From: Delftia acidovorans NBRC 14950
Lineage (GTDB): Bacteria > Pseudomonadota > Gammaproteobacteria > Burkholderiales > Burkholderiaceae_C
DNA: 32,000 bases
Reading direction: 5' to 3'
Assembly: GCF_001598795.1 (NCBI RefSeq)
Contig: NZ_BCZP01000001.1
Location: 420,001 to 452,000, forward strand
Shown: positions 16,646 through 26,145 of the stretch, one piece after another
Numbering within the stretch: position 1 is the first letter of the stretch
How the letters are laid out: each line of letters opens with the position of its first letter
The notes under the pieces: model-generated
Databases searched by the model: none
What the model saw: the letters and a program-made list of their open reading frames with translations, nothing else
Told to the model about the DNA's origin: nothing
Translations under genes and position numbers: made by a program

Positions 16646-17506
16646 ATGTCCACTTCCCCGTCGCTTCCGAACGGCCCCGCCGCCGGGGCGCAGATTGCCG
16701 AAACAGAATTCTCCATCGAGCTGCCCGAGCACGGCACCGTGGCTGCGCGCGCCTATGGCCAGCGCAGGCCCGGCACGGTCTCGCCGCTGGTGCTGCATTT
16801 CCATGGCGGCACCTTTGTCTGCGGCACGCTGGACAACGGGCGCTACATCGGCCGGCTGCTGGCCGAGGCGGGCGCCGTCGTGGTGTCGCTGGCCTACCCG
16901 CTGGCGCCCGAGCATCCGTTTCCCCAGCCCATCGAGGTGGGCTACGCCGTGCTGCAGTGGCTGTACAAGCACCGCGTGAAGATGGCGGGCAAGGGCGCGC
17001 CGCTGTTCCTCGCGGGTGAAGAAGCCGGCGGCAACCTGGCCGCCGCCGTGGCCGTGATCTCGCGCGACCGGGGCCATCCGCCGCTGGCGGGCCAGATCCT
17101 GGTGTCGCCCATGCTCGATCCCTGCACCGGCACCGCCTCGCAGCGCGAGGCAACGCCCGAGGCCGGCGAATGCCGCTGGGCCACGGGCTGGCGCGAGTAC
17201 CTGAGCTGCCCCAAGGACGCCATGCATCCCTATGCCGTGCCCGGCAGCTCGCTGCGCCTGGCCCAGCTGCCGCCGGCCCTGGTGCTGGTGGGTGGCGACG
17301 ACCCGCTGCGCGACGAGGCCCAGGCCTATGCGGCCCGCCTGCGCGCGGCCGGGGTGACGGCCAGCAGCCATGTGCTGCCCAGCGCGTCGAACTGGCCGCA
17401 GGCCCTGTCCGAGGCCGAGGCCTGTACGGCCTGCAGCGCCGCCGTGTTCCAGCATGTGCATGACTTCTTCGAGGCCACCATGAACAAGCCCGCAGCACCG
17501 GGCTAG
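16646..17506 (+). CDS. Alpha/beta-hydrolase fold-3 (HSL/esterase-lipase family) homolog with a substituted nucleophile, probably a non-catalytic or atypical enzyme
   Basis: ATG at 16646; the ORF-track start at 16295 overlaps the LysR gene and is an artefact. It has the oxyanion motif HFHGGTF (HGG at 16802-16810). The nucleophile elbow reads LAGEEAGGNLA instead of G-D-S-A-G-G, with GAA (Glu) at 17021-17023 in the Ser position. The acid region GGDDPLRDEA is retained. Confidence 0.8.
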   Translation: MSTSPSLPNGPAAGAQIAETEFSIELPEHGTVAARAYGQRRPGTVSPLVLHFHGGTFVCGTLDNGRYIGRLLAEAGAVVVSLAYPLAPEHPFPQPIEVGYAVLQWLYKHRVKMAGKGAPLFLAGEEAGGNLAAAVAVISRDRGHPPLAGQILVSPMLDPCTGTASQREATPEAGECRWATGWREYLSCPKDAMHPYAVPGSSLRLAQLPPALVLVGGDDPLRDEAQAYAARLRAAGVTASSHVLPSASNWPQALSEAEACTACSAAVFQHVHDFFEATMNKPAAPG

Positions 17507-17620
17507 GCCCCGCGCCGCCGCAGCCGGCGACACCTGCTGCCCCGTTTTCCCCTTCCGCCTTCCCGGCGCGTTCAGGCGCCGGGCGGGCATCGTGTTCCCT
17601 GAATTTCGCAAAAAAACACC

Positions 17621-18895
17621 ATGTCCACCGAATCCACCTCATCCTCTTCCTCCGTCTCGGCCCAGCGCAAGGGCTGGAGGCTGCCTGCCGCCGCTGCGGC
17701 CATCCTCGCCGTCAGCGCCGGCCTGTTCGGCCTGCATGGCTTCGAGGCCAAGGCCGATGACGCGCCCGCCAGCGCCCAGCCCGCCGCCACGCCCGTGTCG
17801 GTGGCCACGGTCGCCGAAAGCGAGGTCACCGCCTGGGACGAGTTCTCAGGCCGCCTCGAAGCCGTGGAGCGCGTGGACATCCGCTCCCGCGTGGCCGGCG
17901 CCGTGCAGGCCGTGCACTTTCGCGAGGGCGCGCTGGTCAAGCAGGGCGATCTGCTGATCACCATCGACCCCGCACCGTATGCGGCCGAGGTCGAGCGTGC
18001 CGAAGCGCAGGTAGCCTCGGCCCAGGCACGCCAGTCCTATGCACGCAGCGAGCAGGAGCGCGCACGCCGCCTGTGGGACGAGCGGGCGATTGCCCAGCGC
18101 GAGCTGGACGAGCGCATCAACGCTGGCAGCGAGGCCGAGGCCAATTTGCGCGCGGCCCAGGCGTCCCTGCAATCGGCGCGGCTGAACCTGGGCTACACCC
18201 AGGTGCGCGCCCCCGTGTCGGGCCGTATCGGCAAGCGCGAGATCACCGTGGGCAACCTGGTGGCCGCAGGCCCGGGCGCGCCGGTGCTGACCACCCTGGT
18301 CTCGGTCAGCCCCATCTATGCGAGCTTCGATGCCGATGAGCAGGTCATCACGCGCGCGCTCAAGGAGCTGGGCGGCGGCGCGGGCAACCGCGCCAAGATC
18401 GACAGCATTCCCGTGCAGATGGGCACGGCCACGGCCGGCAGCACGCCCTTCGAGGGCCGGCTTCAGCTGATCGACAACCAGGTCGATGCCCGAAGCGGCA
18501 CGGTGCGCGTGCGCGCCGCCTTCGACAACAAGGATGGCGCCCTCATGCCCGGCCAGTTCGCCCGCATCCGCATGGGCCAGGCGCGCGACAGCAGCATGCT
18601 GCTGGTCAGCGAGCGCGCCATCGGCACGGACCAGAGCAAGAAGTACGTGATGGTGGTAGGCGGCGACAACAAGGCCGTCTACCGCGAGGTGGCCCTGGGC
18701 GCCTCGGTCAACGGCCTGCGCAACGTGACCCAGGGCCTGCAGCCCGGCGAGCGCGTGGTCGTCAACGGCCTGCAGCACATCCGCCCCGGCGCCCTGGTCG
18801 CGCCCAAGGAGGTGTCCATGGATGCGCGGGCTGATGCCCGCCAGCCGGGCACCCGGCAGGCAGCCGAACAAGTGGCTGACGCAACCAAGTCCTGA
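17621..18895 (+). CDS. RND efflux periplasmic adaptor (membrane fusion protein, AcrA/MexA-like)
   Basis: A 424-aa ORF. Its lipoyl/hairpin blocks are VDIRSRVAGAVQAVHFREGALVKQGDLLITIDPAPY, then a coiled-coil hairpin, then LGYTQVRAPVSGRIGKREITVGNLV. Confidence 0.9.
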   Translation: MSTESTSSSSSVSAQRKGWRLPAAAAAILAVSAGLFGLHGFEAKADDAPASAQPAATPVSVATVAESEVTAWDEFSGRLEAVERVDIRSRVAGAVQAVHFREGALVKQGDLLITIDPAPYAAEVERAEAQVASAQARQSYARSEQERARRLWDERAIAQRELDERINAGSEAEANLRAAQASLQSARLNLGYTQVRAPVSGRIGKREITVGNLVAAGPGAPVLTTLVSVSPIYASFDADEQVITRALKELGGGAGNRAKIDSIPVQMGTATAGSTPFEGRLQLIDNQVDARSGTVRVRAAFDNKDGALMPGQFARIRMGQARDSSMLLVSERAIGTDQSKKYVMVVGGDNKAVYREVALGASVNGLRNVTQGLQPGERVVVNGLQHIRPGALVAPKEVSMDARADARQPGTRQAAEQVADATKS

Positions 18896-18981
18896 TCTAG
18901 CCGCACACCTTTCCTGCCTCTGAAATGCCGCCTGACCGCAGGCGGCATGGGCCGCGCTTTGCCGTGGCGGAGCCAAACACC

Positions 18982-21900
18982 ATGAACCTATCCAAATTCT
19001 TCATTGACCGGCCGATCTTCGCAGGCGTGCTTTCGCTGCTGATGCTGATCGCCGGCCTGATCGCCATGGGCGGGCTGCCGATCTCGGAATACCCCGAGGT
19101 CGCGCCGCCGTCCGTGGTGGTGCGCGCCCAGTACCCGGGCGCCAATCCCAAGGTGATCGCCGAGACCGTGGCCACGCCGCTGGAAGAGCAGATCAACGGC
19201 GTCGAAGGCATGCTCTACATGGGCAGCCAGGCCACCAGCGACGGCGTGATGACGCTGACCGTCACCTTCCGCCTGGGCACCGACCCCGACAAGGCGCAGC
19301 AGATGGTGCAAAACCGCGTCTCGCAGGCCGAGCCGCGCCTGCCCGAGGAGGTGCGCCGCCTGGGCATCACTACGGTCAAGAGCGCACCCGACCTGACCAT
19401 GGTGGTGCACCTGGTCTCGCCCAACCAGCGCTATGACATCAACTACCTGCGCAACTACGCGGTGCTGAACGTGAAGGACCCGCTGGCGCGCATCGAGGGC
19501 GTGGGCCAGATCCAGATCTTCGGCGGCGGCGACTACGCCATGCGCGTGTGGCTGGACCCGCAGAAGGTGGCGCAGCGCGGCCTGTCGGCCAGCGATGTGG
19601 TGGCTGCCATCCGCGGCCAGAACGTGCAGGCTGCGGCCGGTGTGGTCGGCGCCTCGCCGGGACTGCCGGGCGTGGACATGCAACTGTCCATCAACGCCCA
19701 GGGCCGCCTGCAAAGCGAGGAGGACTTCGGCGACATCATCGTCAAGAGCGGCTCCGACGGCGCCGTGACCCGCCTGCGCGACATCGGCCGCCTGGAGATG
19801 GGCGCAGCCGACTATTCGCTGCGCTCGCTGCTGAACAACGACCCGGCCGTGGGCATGGGCGTGTTCCAGGCGCCGGGCTCCAATGCGCTGGAAATCTCGG
19901 CCAACGTGCGCAAGACCATGGAGGCCCTGAACAAGAACATGCCCGAGGGCCTGGAGTACCGCATCGCCTACGACCCCACGCAGTTCGTGCGCGCCTCCAT
20001 CGAATCGGTGGTGCACACGCTGCTGGAGGCCATCGTGCTTGTGGTGCTGGTGGTGATCCTGTTCCTGCAGACCTGGCGCGCCTCCATCATCCCGCTGCTG
20101 GCCGTGCCGGTGTCGGTGATCGGCACCTTCGCCGTGCTGCATCTGCTGGGCTTTTCCATCAACGCGCTGAGCCTGTTCGGCCTGGTGCTGGCCATCGGCA
20201 TCGTGGTGGATGACGCCATCGTCGTGGTCGAGAACGTGGAGCGCAACATCGAGGCCGGTCTCACGCCGCGCAACGCCACCTACCGCGCCATGCGCGAAGT
20301 GTCCGGCCCCATCATCGCCATCGCCCTGGTGCTGGTGGCGGTGTTCGTGCCGCTGGCCTTCATCAGCGGCCTCACGGGCCAGTTCTACAAGCAGTTCGCG
20401 GTGACGATCGCCATCTCCACGGTGATCTCGGCTATCAACTCGCTGACGCTGTCGCCCGCGCTGGCGGCCCTGCTGCTGCGCGGCCACGATGCGCCCAAGG
20501 ACGCGCTGACGCGCGGCATGGACCGGGCCTTCGGCTGGCTGTTCCGCGGCTTCAACCGCATGTTCCACCGGGGCTCCGAGGCCTACAGCGGCGGCGTGGG
20601 CCGCGTGATCTCGCGCAAGGCGCTGATGCTGGCCATCTACCTGGCGCTGATCGCCGTGACCTTCGGCCTGTTCAAGGCCGTGCCTTCGGGCTTCGTGCCC
20701 GCGCAGGACAAGCAGTACCTGATCGGCTTTGCCCAGTTGCCCGACGGCGCCACGCTGGACCGCACGGACGAGGTGATCCGCCGCATGGGCGAGATCATGA
20801 AGGACAACCCCAACGTGGAGGACACCATCGCCTTCCCGGGCCTGTCCATCAACGGCTTCACCAACAGCTCCAACTCGGGCATCGTCTTCGCCACGCTCAA
20901 GCCCTTTGACGAGCGCAAGCGCGCCGACCAGAGCGGCGGCGCCGTGGCCGGCCAGCTCAACCAGGCCTTCGCGGGCATCCAGGACGCCTTCATCGTCATG
21001 TTCCCGCCGCCACCCGTGGCGGGCCTGGGCACGACGGGCGGCTTCAAGCTGCAGCTGGAAGACCGCGCCTCCCTGGGCTATGACCAGATGGATGCGGCCG
21101 TGAAGGCCTTCATGGCCAAGGCCTACCAGACGCCCGAGCTGACCGGCATGTTCACCAGCTGGCAGGTCAACGTGCCCCAGCTGTATGCCGACATCGACCG
21201 CACCAAGGCGCGCCAGCTCGGCGTGCCGGTGACGGACATCTTCGACACCATGCAGATCTACCTGGGCAGCCTGTATGCGAACGACTTCAACAAGTTCGGC
21301 CGCACCTACAGCGTCCGCGTGCAGGCCGACGCGCCCTACCGCGCGCGTGCCGAGGACGTGGGCATGCTCAAAGTGCGCTCCAGCTCGGGCGAGATGATTC
21401 CGCTGTCGGCGCTGATGAAGGTGGACTCCAGCTTCGGCCCCGAGCGCGCCATGCGCTACAACGGCTACCTCACGGCCGACATCAACGGCGGTGCCGCACC
21501 GGGCTTCTCTTCGGGCCAGGCGCAGGACGCCATCAAGCGCATCGCGGCCGAGACCCTGCCCAAGGGCATCGATTTCGAATGGACCGACCTGACCTACCAG
21601 GAAATCCTGGCCGGCAATTCGGCGGTGATCGTGTTCCCGCTGGCCCTGCTGCTGGTCTTCCTGGTGCTGGCCGCGCAGTACGAGAGCCTGACCCTGCCGA
21701 TTGCCATCATCCTGATCGTTCCCATGGGCCTGCTGGCGGCCATGACCGGCGTGTGGCTGTCGGGCGGGGACAGCAATGTCTTCACGCAGATCGGGCTCAT
21801 CGTGCTGGTGGGGCTGAGTGCGAAGAACGCCATCCTGATCGTGGAGTTCGCGCGGGAGCTGGAGTTCGAGGGCCGCACGCCCATACAGGCCGCCATCGAG

Positions 21901-22233
21901 GCCAGCCGGCTGCGCCTGCGCCCCATCCTGATGACCTCGCTGGCCTTCGTCATGGGCGTGCTGCCCCTGGTGCTGTCCACGGGCGCCGGCTCGGAAATGC
22001 GCCGCGCCATGGGCGTGGCCGTGTTCTCGGGAATGATCGGGGTGACGGCCTTCGGCCTGTTCCTCACGCCCGTGTTCTACGTGCTGATGCGCCGCCTGGC
22101 AGGCAACCGGCCGCTCAAGCAGCATGGTCCCGAGATGGAGCAAGAGGCCCCTGCACATGCACCCGCCCACGGCCATGCCTCGGGTGGCGGCGCGCTGCCC
22201 ATGCCCTCTGCTGCGCGTGGCGAGCATGAATGA
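18982..22233 (+). CDS. RND multidrug efflux permease (HAE1 family, AcrB/MexB-like)
   Basis: ATG at 18982 gives the canonical N-terminus MNLSKFFIDRPIFAGVLSLLMLIAGLIAMGGLPISEYPEVAPPSVVV. It is 1083 aa with the 12-TM, two-large-loop architecture. The ORF-track start at 18925 is an upstream extension. Confidence 0.95.
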   Translation: MNLSKFFIDRPIFAGVLSLLMLIAGLIAMGGLPISEYPEVAPPSVVVRAQYPGANPKVIAETVATPLEEQINGVEGMLYMGSQATSDGVMTLTVTFRLGTDPDKAQQMVQNRVSQAEPRLPEEVRRLGITTVKSAPDLTMVVHLVSPNQRYDINYLRNYAVLNVKDPLARIEGVGQIQIFGGGDYAMRVWLDPQKVAQRGLSASDVVAAIRGQNVQAAAGVVGASPGLPGVDMQLSINAQGRLQSEEDFGDIIVKSGSDGAVTRLRDIGRLEMGAADYSLRSLLNNDPAVGMGVFQAPGSNALEISANVRKTMEALNKNMPEGLEYRIAYDPTQFVRASIESVVHTLLEAIVLVVLVVILFLQTWRASIIPLLAVPVSVIGTFAVLHLLGFSINALSLFGLVLAIGIVVDDAIVVVENVERNIEAGLTPRNATYRAMREVSGPIIAIALVLVAVFVPLAFISGLTGQFYKQFAVTIAISTVISAINSLTLSPALAALLLRGHDAPKDALTRGMDRAFGWLFRGFNRMFHRGSEAYSGGVGRVISRKALMLAIYLALIAVTFGLFKAVPSGFVPAQDKQYLIGFAQLPDGATLDRTDEVIRRMGEIMKDNPNVEDTIAFPGLSINGFTNSSNSGIVFATLKPFDERKRADQSGGAVAGQLNQAFAGIQDAFIVMFPPPPVAGLGTTGGFKLQLEDRASLGYDQMDAAVKAFMAKAYQTPELTGMFTSWQVNVPQLYADIDRTKARQLGVPVTDIFDTMQIYLGSLYANDFNKFGRTYSVRVQADAPYRARAEDVGMLKVRSSSGEMIPLSALMKVDSSFGPERAMRYNGYLTADINGGAAPGFSSGQAQDAIKRIAAETLPKGIDFEWTDLTYQEILAGNSAVIVFPLALLLVFLVLAAQYESLTLPIAIILIVPMGLLAAMTGVWLSGGDSNVFTQIGLIVLVGLSAKNAILIVEFARELEFEGRTPIQAAIEASRLRLRPILMTSLAFVMGVLPLVLSTGAGSEMRRAMGVAVFSGMIGVTAFGLFLTPVFYVLMRRLAGNRPLKQHGPEMEQEAPAHAPAHGHASGGGALPMPSAARGEHE

Positions 22234-22261
22234 GCCCACACCACAAGAACAGGAACCGATC

Positions 22262-23719
22262 ATGAAGATCCCATCGCTTTCGAAACTGTCCAGGCGTCTG
22301 CTGCCCCTGGTGGCGGCGCTGGCCCTGGCCGGCTGCGCCAGCGTGTCCCAGAGCCTGCCCGAGCTGCCGGCCGCCCCCGCCTTCAAGGAGCAGGGCGCCG
22401 CGCCGCAGGCGGGCTGGACCCAGGCCCTGCCCGCTGAAGCCCAGGCACGCGGCCAATGGTGGCTGGCCTTTGCCGACCCGGCGCTGGACGCGCTGGTGGA
22501 CAAGGCCACGCTGGACAACCAGAGCATCCAGGCCGCGGCCGCACGTCTGGCCGAGGCCCGCGCCCTGGCGCGCAGCGCCAATGCCGAGCGCCTGCCCCAA
22601 CTGGGCCTGGGCGCAGGGGCCACGCGCGGCGCGGGGCTGGACAAGGCCTCGGGCACGCGGCCTGCCACCCTGGTCAATGCGGGGCTGAACCTGTCGTATG
22701 AGGTCGATCTGTTCGGCCGCATTTCCCAGGCGGCCGACGCATCGCGGCTGGATGCCGAGGGCCGCGAGGCCCTGCTGCAAAGCACGCGGCTGGCCGTGCA
22801 GGCCGAGGTCGCACAGACCTATCTGCAACTGCGCGCGCTGGACGCCGAGCGCGCCCTGATGCGCGAGACCGTGGAGGCCTACCGCGACACGCTGCGCCTG
22901 TCGGAGCGAAGGCTGCAGGCCGGCGACATTGCCGAGCTGGACGTGGCGCGCATCCAGGCCGAGCTGTCGGCCACCGAATCGGATGCGCTGGCGCTGGACC
23001 GCCAGCGCGCCCAGGTCGAGCATGCGCTGGCCGTGCTGGTGGGTGACTCGGCCTCGCGCTTCGGCCTAGGCGAAGGCGCCTGGACCACGGCTCTGCCTTC
23101 TATTCCAGCCGGCGTGCCGGCCACGGTGCTGATGCGCCGGCCCGACATCTCGGCCGCGCAGCGCGCCGTGTTCGCCGCGCAGTCGCGCGTGGGCGTGGCG
23201 AAGACGGCATGGTTCCCCAGCATCTCGCTGACCGGCGCGGCCGGCCATGCCTCGCCCGAGGTCGGTGACCTGTTCAAGTGGTCCATGCGCTCCTGGGGCG
23301 TGGGCGCCTTGCTGTCGCTGCCGCTGTTCGACGGCGGCCGGCGCGAGGCCGGCGTGCAGGCCGCAGGCGCGCAGCTCGATGCCGCGCTGGCCGCCTACCG
23401 TCAGCAGGCGCTGGTGGCCTTCCAGGAGGTGGAGGACCAGCTGTCGTCCATCCGCATCCTGCAGGAGCAGTCCACCGTGCAGGGCCAGGCCGTGGTGGCC
23501 GCCCAGCGTGCCACCAGCCTTTCGGACACGCGCTACCGCAATGGCTACGTCAGCCAGCTGGACCTGCTGGATGCGCGCCGCAGCGAACTGCGCAACCGCC
23601 GCCAGGCGCTGCAGGTGAAGTCTGCGCAGTACCAGGCCGCCGTGGGCCTGATCCGCGCGCTGGGCGGGGGCTGGGATGTGCCGGCTGACGTGCCGGTGGC
23701 CCAGGCCACGTTGCGCTGA
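22262..23719 (+). CDS. RND efflux outer-membrane factor lipoprotein (NodT/OprM family)
   Basis: ATG at 22262: MKIPSLSKLSRRLLPLVAALALAGC/AS (lipobox). It has the duplicated OEP repeats and the C-terminal LIRALGGGW motif typical of the family. Confidence 0.9.
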   Translation: MKIPSLSKLSRRLLPLVAALALAGCASVSQSLPELPAAPAFKEQGAAPQAGWTQALPAEAQARGQWWLAFADPALDALVDKATLDNQSIQAAAARLAEARALARSANAERLPQLGLGAGATRGAGLDKASGTRPATLVNAGLNLSYEVDLFGRISQAADASRLDAEGREALLQSTRLAVQAEVAQTYLQLRALDAERALMRETVEAYRDTLRLSERRLQAGDIAELDVARIQAELSATESDALALDRQRAQVEHALAVLVGDSASRFGLGEGAWTTALPSIPAGVPATVLMRRPDISAAQRAVFAAQSRVGVAKTAWFPSISLTGAAGHASPEVGDLFKWSMRSWGVGALLSLPLFDGGRREAGVQAAGAQLDAALAAYRQQALVAFQEVEDQLSSIRILQEQSTVQGQAVVAAQRATSLSDTRYRNGYVSQLDLLDARRSELRNRRQALQVKSAQYQAAVGLIRALGGGWDVPADVPVAQATLR

Positions 23720-23726
23720 GGCACCC

Positions 23727-24683
23727 TCAGGCCAGCACGTCGATGGAGCGGAACACGCGCTGCAGCACCGGGTCCGGGCTGTGGCGGCAGGCGTGGACCT
23801 GCTCCATGAGGTGGTGCACGAAGCGCTCGGCCACCCAGGGCAGGGGGCCGTGGCCGCGCTGGACCACGCCCACGGTGTGGGGCTCGAACTGCTCGCGCAG
23901 GGACAGTGGCACCAGGGTGCCCTGGGGCACGCCCGATTCGATCAGCGGCCAGGGGCAGAACGAGAGCATGTCGCTGTGCGCGATCAGGTGCAGCAGCAGC
24001 GATGCCGAATGCACCAGGTGGATGTGGCCCACGGGCACGGGCAGGCCGTGGCACAGGAACAGGCGCCGCACCAGGTCGTCCTCTTCGGGTGGGGTGTAGT
24101 TGAGCAGCCAGTCGCAGTCCATCAGCTCGGCCAGCGAACGGGCGCCTGCCAGCGGGTGGCCGGTGCGGGCCACGACGGTGGCGTCGTAGCGGAACAGCGG
24201 CGTGCCATGCAGGTCGCCGCCCGAGGGGCCCGAAGGCACGCGGCCAATCAGCAGGTCCAGCGTGCCTTCGCGCAGGCGCGGATGGGCCACGGCCGACAGG
24301 CCCTCGAACAGTTCCAGGCGTACCTGGGGCAGTTCGGCGCGGAAGGCGCGCAGCACATGGGGCAGCAGGCTCTGGCCCACCCAGGGCGTCACGCCCACGG
24401 ACAGGCGCGCCACGGCGCAGGTGTCGCGCAGGCGTGCCATTTCATCCTCGGCCTGGGCCATCTGCCCGGTGATCAGCTGGGCATGGCGCAGCAGCGTGCG
24501 CCCGGCCGGCGTGAGGACGATGCCGCTGCTCTGGCGCTCGAACAGCGCAAGGCGGTGGCCTTCCTCCAGTTCGCGCAGGGCCTGGGTGATGGCCGACTGC
24601 GTGATGCCCAGCGCCCGTGACGCGGCGCGCACGCTGCCGCAGCCGGCCACGGCGACGAGGTAGCGCATCTGGTGCAGCTTCAT
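23727..24683 (-). CDS. LysR-family transcriptional regulator
   Basis: ATG at 24683 (alternative at 24719): MKLHQMRYLVAVAGCGSVRAASRALGITQSAITQALRELEEGHRLALFERQSSGIVLTPAG. It is divergent from the M20 hydrolase gene. The 755-aa ORF-track entry extends this frame antisense through the next gene. Confidence 0.9.
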   Translation of the reverse strand: MKLHQMRYLVAVAGCGSVRAASRALGITQSAITQALRELEEGHRLALFERQSSGIVLTPAGRTLLRHAQLITGQMAQAEDEMARLRDTCAVARLSVGVTPWVGQSLLPHVLRAFRAELPQVRLELFEGLSAVAHPRLREGTLDLLIGRVPSGPSGGDLHGTPLFRYDATVVARTGHPLAGARSLAELMDCDWLLNYTPPEEDDLVRRLFLCHGLPVPVGHIHLVHSASLLLHLIAHSDMLSFCPWPLIESGVPQGTLVPLSLREQFEPHTVGVVQRGHGPLPWVAERFVHHLMEQVHACRHSPDPVLQRVFRSIDVLA

Positions 24684-24860
24684 GGCGGGACCGGCATCGG
24701 GGTGGGGCTGGGAATGCATGGGCCGATCTTGCAGGTTTCGTGCCATGTGTGCCATGCCCGTGATTGGCGCGTGCAGGTGTTCAGGGGATGACAGGCAATG
24801 CCTGGCAGGGCAGGCGCTGGCGGTCTTCCGCCCGCTGCCCACGCTTCCTAGACTGCGGGC

Positions 24861-26084
24861 ATGAACATTGACCCGCCCGTTTCCACCACGGCCGAAGCCG
24901 CCGATCCGGTGCTTGCCGGCATACGCGCCACGCAGGCCGAGATGGTGGCCCTGCGCCATCACCTGCATGCCCATCCCGAGCTGGCTTTCGAGGAGTTCGC
25001 CACCAGCGACTTGGTGGCCGAGCGCCTGGCCTCCTGGGGCTATGAAGTGCATCGAGGGCTGGGAGGCACGGGCGTGGTCGGCACGCTGCGCTGCGGTACG
25101 GGCACGCGCCGGCTGGGCCTGCGCGCCGACATGGATGCGCTGCCCATCCACGAGCAGACCGGCCTGCCCTACGCCAGCCGCCATGCGGGCCGCATGCATG
25201 CCTGCGGGCATGACGGCCATACCGCCATCCTGCTGGCCGCCGCGCGCGAGCTGGCCCAGGCGCGCGGCTTCGACGGCACGCTGCACCTGATCTTCCAGCC
25301 GGCCGAGGAGGGCCTGGGCGGGGGCCGCAAGATGGTGGAGGATGGCCTGTTCGATCTTTTCCCCTGCGATGCCATCTTTGCGCTGCACAACATGCCGGGC
25401 TTTGCAGAGGGGCAGTTCGGCTTTCGCGAGGGCTCGTTCATGGCCTCGTCGGACACGGTGATCATCACCGTGCGCGGCAAGGGCGGCCATGGCTCGGCGC
25501 CCCACCTGTCGGCCGACCCGGTGGTGGCGGCGGCTCACCTGGTGCTGGCGCTGCAGACCGTGGTCTCGCGCAATGTCGATCCGCGCGACATGGCCGTGGT
25601 CAGCGTGGGCGCCATCCATGGCGGCGATGCACCGAATGTCATCCCCGGCGAGGTGGAGCTGCGCCTGTCCGTGCGCGCCTATCGGCCCGAGGTGCGTGCC
25701 CTGCTGCGCGAACGCATCACCGCGCTGGCCCACGCCCAGGCCGCCACGCTGGGGGCCGAGGCCGTGGTGGACTACCGCTGGCGCTATCCGGCCCTGGTCA
25801 ACGACGCGGCCAGCACGGCCTTCGCCCGCGAGGTGGCGCGCGACTGGCTGGGCGAGCAGGCGCTGATCCCCGATCTGCAGCCGCTGACGGGCAGCGAGGA
25901 CTTCTCCTTCATGCTCGAACAGTGCCCGGGCAGCTATCTGATCGTGGGCAATGGCGTGGGCGACACGCATGGCACGGGCGGCTGCATGGTCCACAACCCC
26001 GGCTACGACTTCAACGACCGCATCCTGCCGCTGGCAGCCACCTACTGGGTGAAGCTGGCCCGGCGTTTTCTGTCCGCCGCCTGA
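24861..26084 (+). CDS. M20D-family amidohydrolase (N-acyl-L-amino-acid amidohydrolase / hippurate hydrolase-like)
   Basis: LRHHLHAHPELAFEEFATSDLVAERL, LRADMDALPI, MHACGHDGHTAILLAAAREL and GGAPNVIPG-type blocks are characteristic of the M20D/ILR1 family. Confidence 0.9.
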   Translation: MNIDPPVSTTAEAADPVLAGIRATQAEMVALRHHLHAHPELAFEEFATSDLVAERLASWGYEVHRGLGGTGVVGTLRCGTGTRRLGLRADMDALPIHEQTGLPYASRHAGRMHACGHDGHTAILLAAARELAQARGFDGTLHLIFQPAEEGLGGGRKMVEDGLFDLFPCDAIFALHNMPGFAEGQFGFREGSFMASSDTVIITVRGKGGHGSAPHLSADPVVAAAHLVLALQTVVSRNVDPRDMAVVSVGAIHGGDAPNVIPGEVELRLSVRAYRPEVRALLRERITALAHAQAATLGAEAVVDYRWRYPALVNDAASTAFAREVARDWLGEQALIPDLQPLTGSEDFSFMLEQCPGSYLIVGNGVGDTHGTGGCMVHNPGYDFNDRILPLAATYWVKLARRFLSAA

Positions 26085-26145
26085 GGCGCGGCGCCCGCAC
26101 CGGATTCCCTTTCACGATCTCACCTACCCATCTGTGATTGCCACC

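Noticed and set aside
18988-22785. A 1265-aa reverse-strand ORF covering the whole RND permease gene, plus many other ORFs of 100-480 aa antisense to or overlapping annotated genes (for example 1379..2830, 7149..8387, 9617..10870, 10731..11879, 13977..15221, 16587..17642, 27920..29377, 28065..29549).
   Set aside because: Their composition is Arg/Ala/Gly/His/Pro-rich and low in complexity, and they have no motifs. Each overlaps a gene with strong family signatures on the other strand or frame. Such shadow ORFs are expected in ~68% G+C DNA.
24684-25994. The upper part of the 755-aa reverse ORF 23727..25994, which would extend the LysR regulator by about 430 residues.
   Set aside because: Only the last 318 codons (from MKLHQMRYL at 24683) look like LysR. 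The remainder is antisense to the well-supported M20 amidohydrolase gene.
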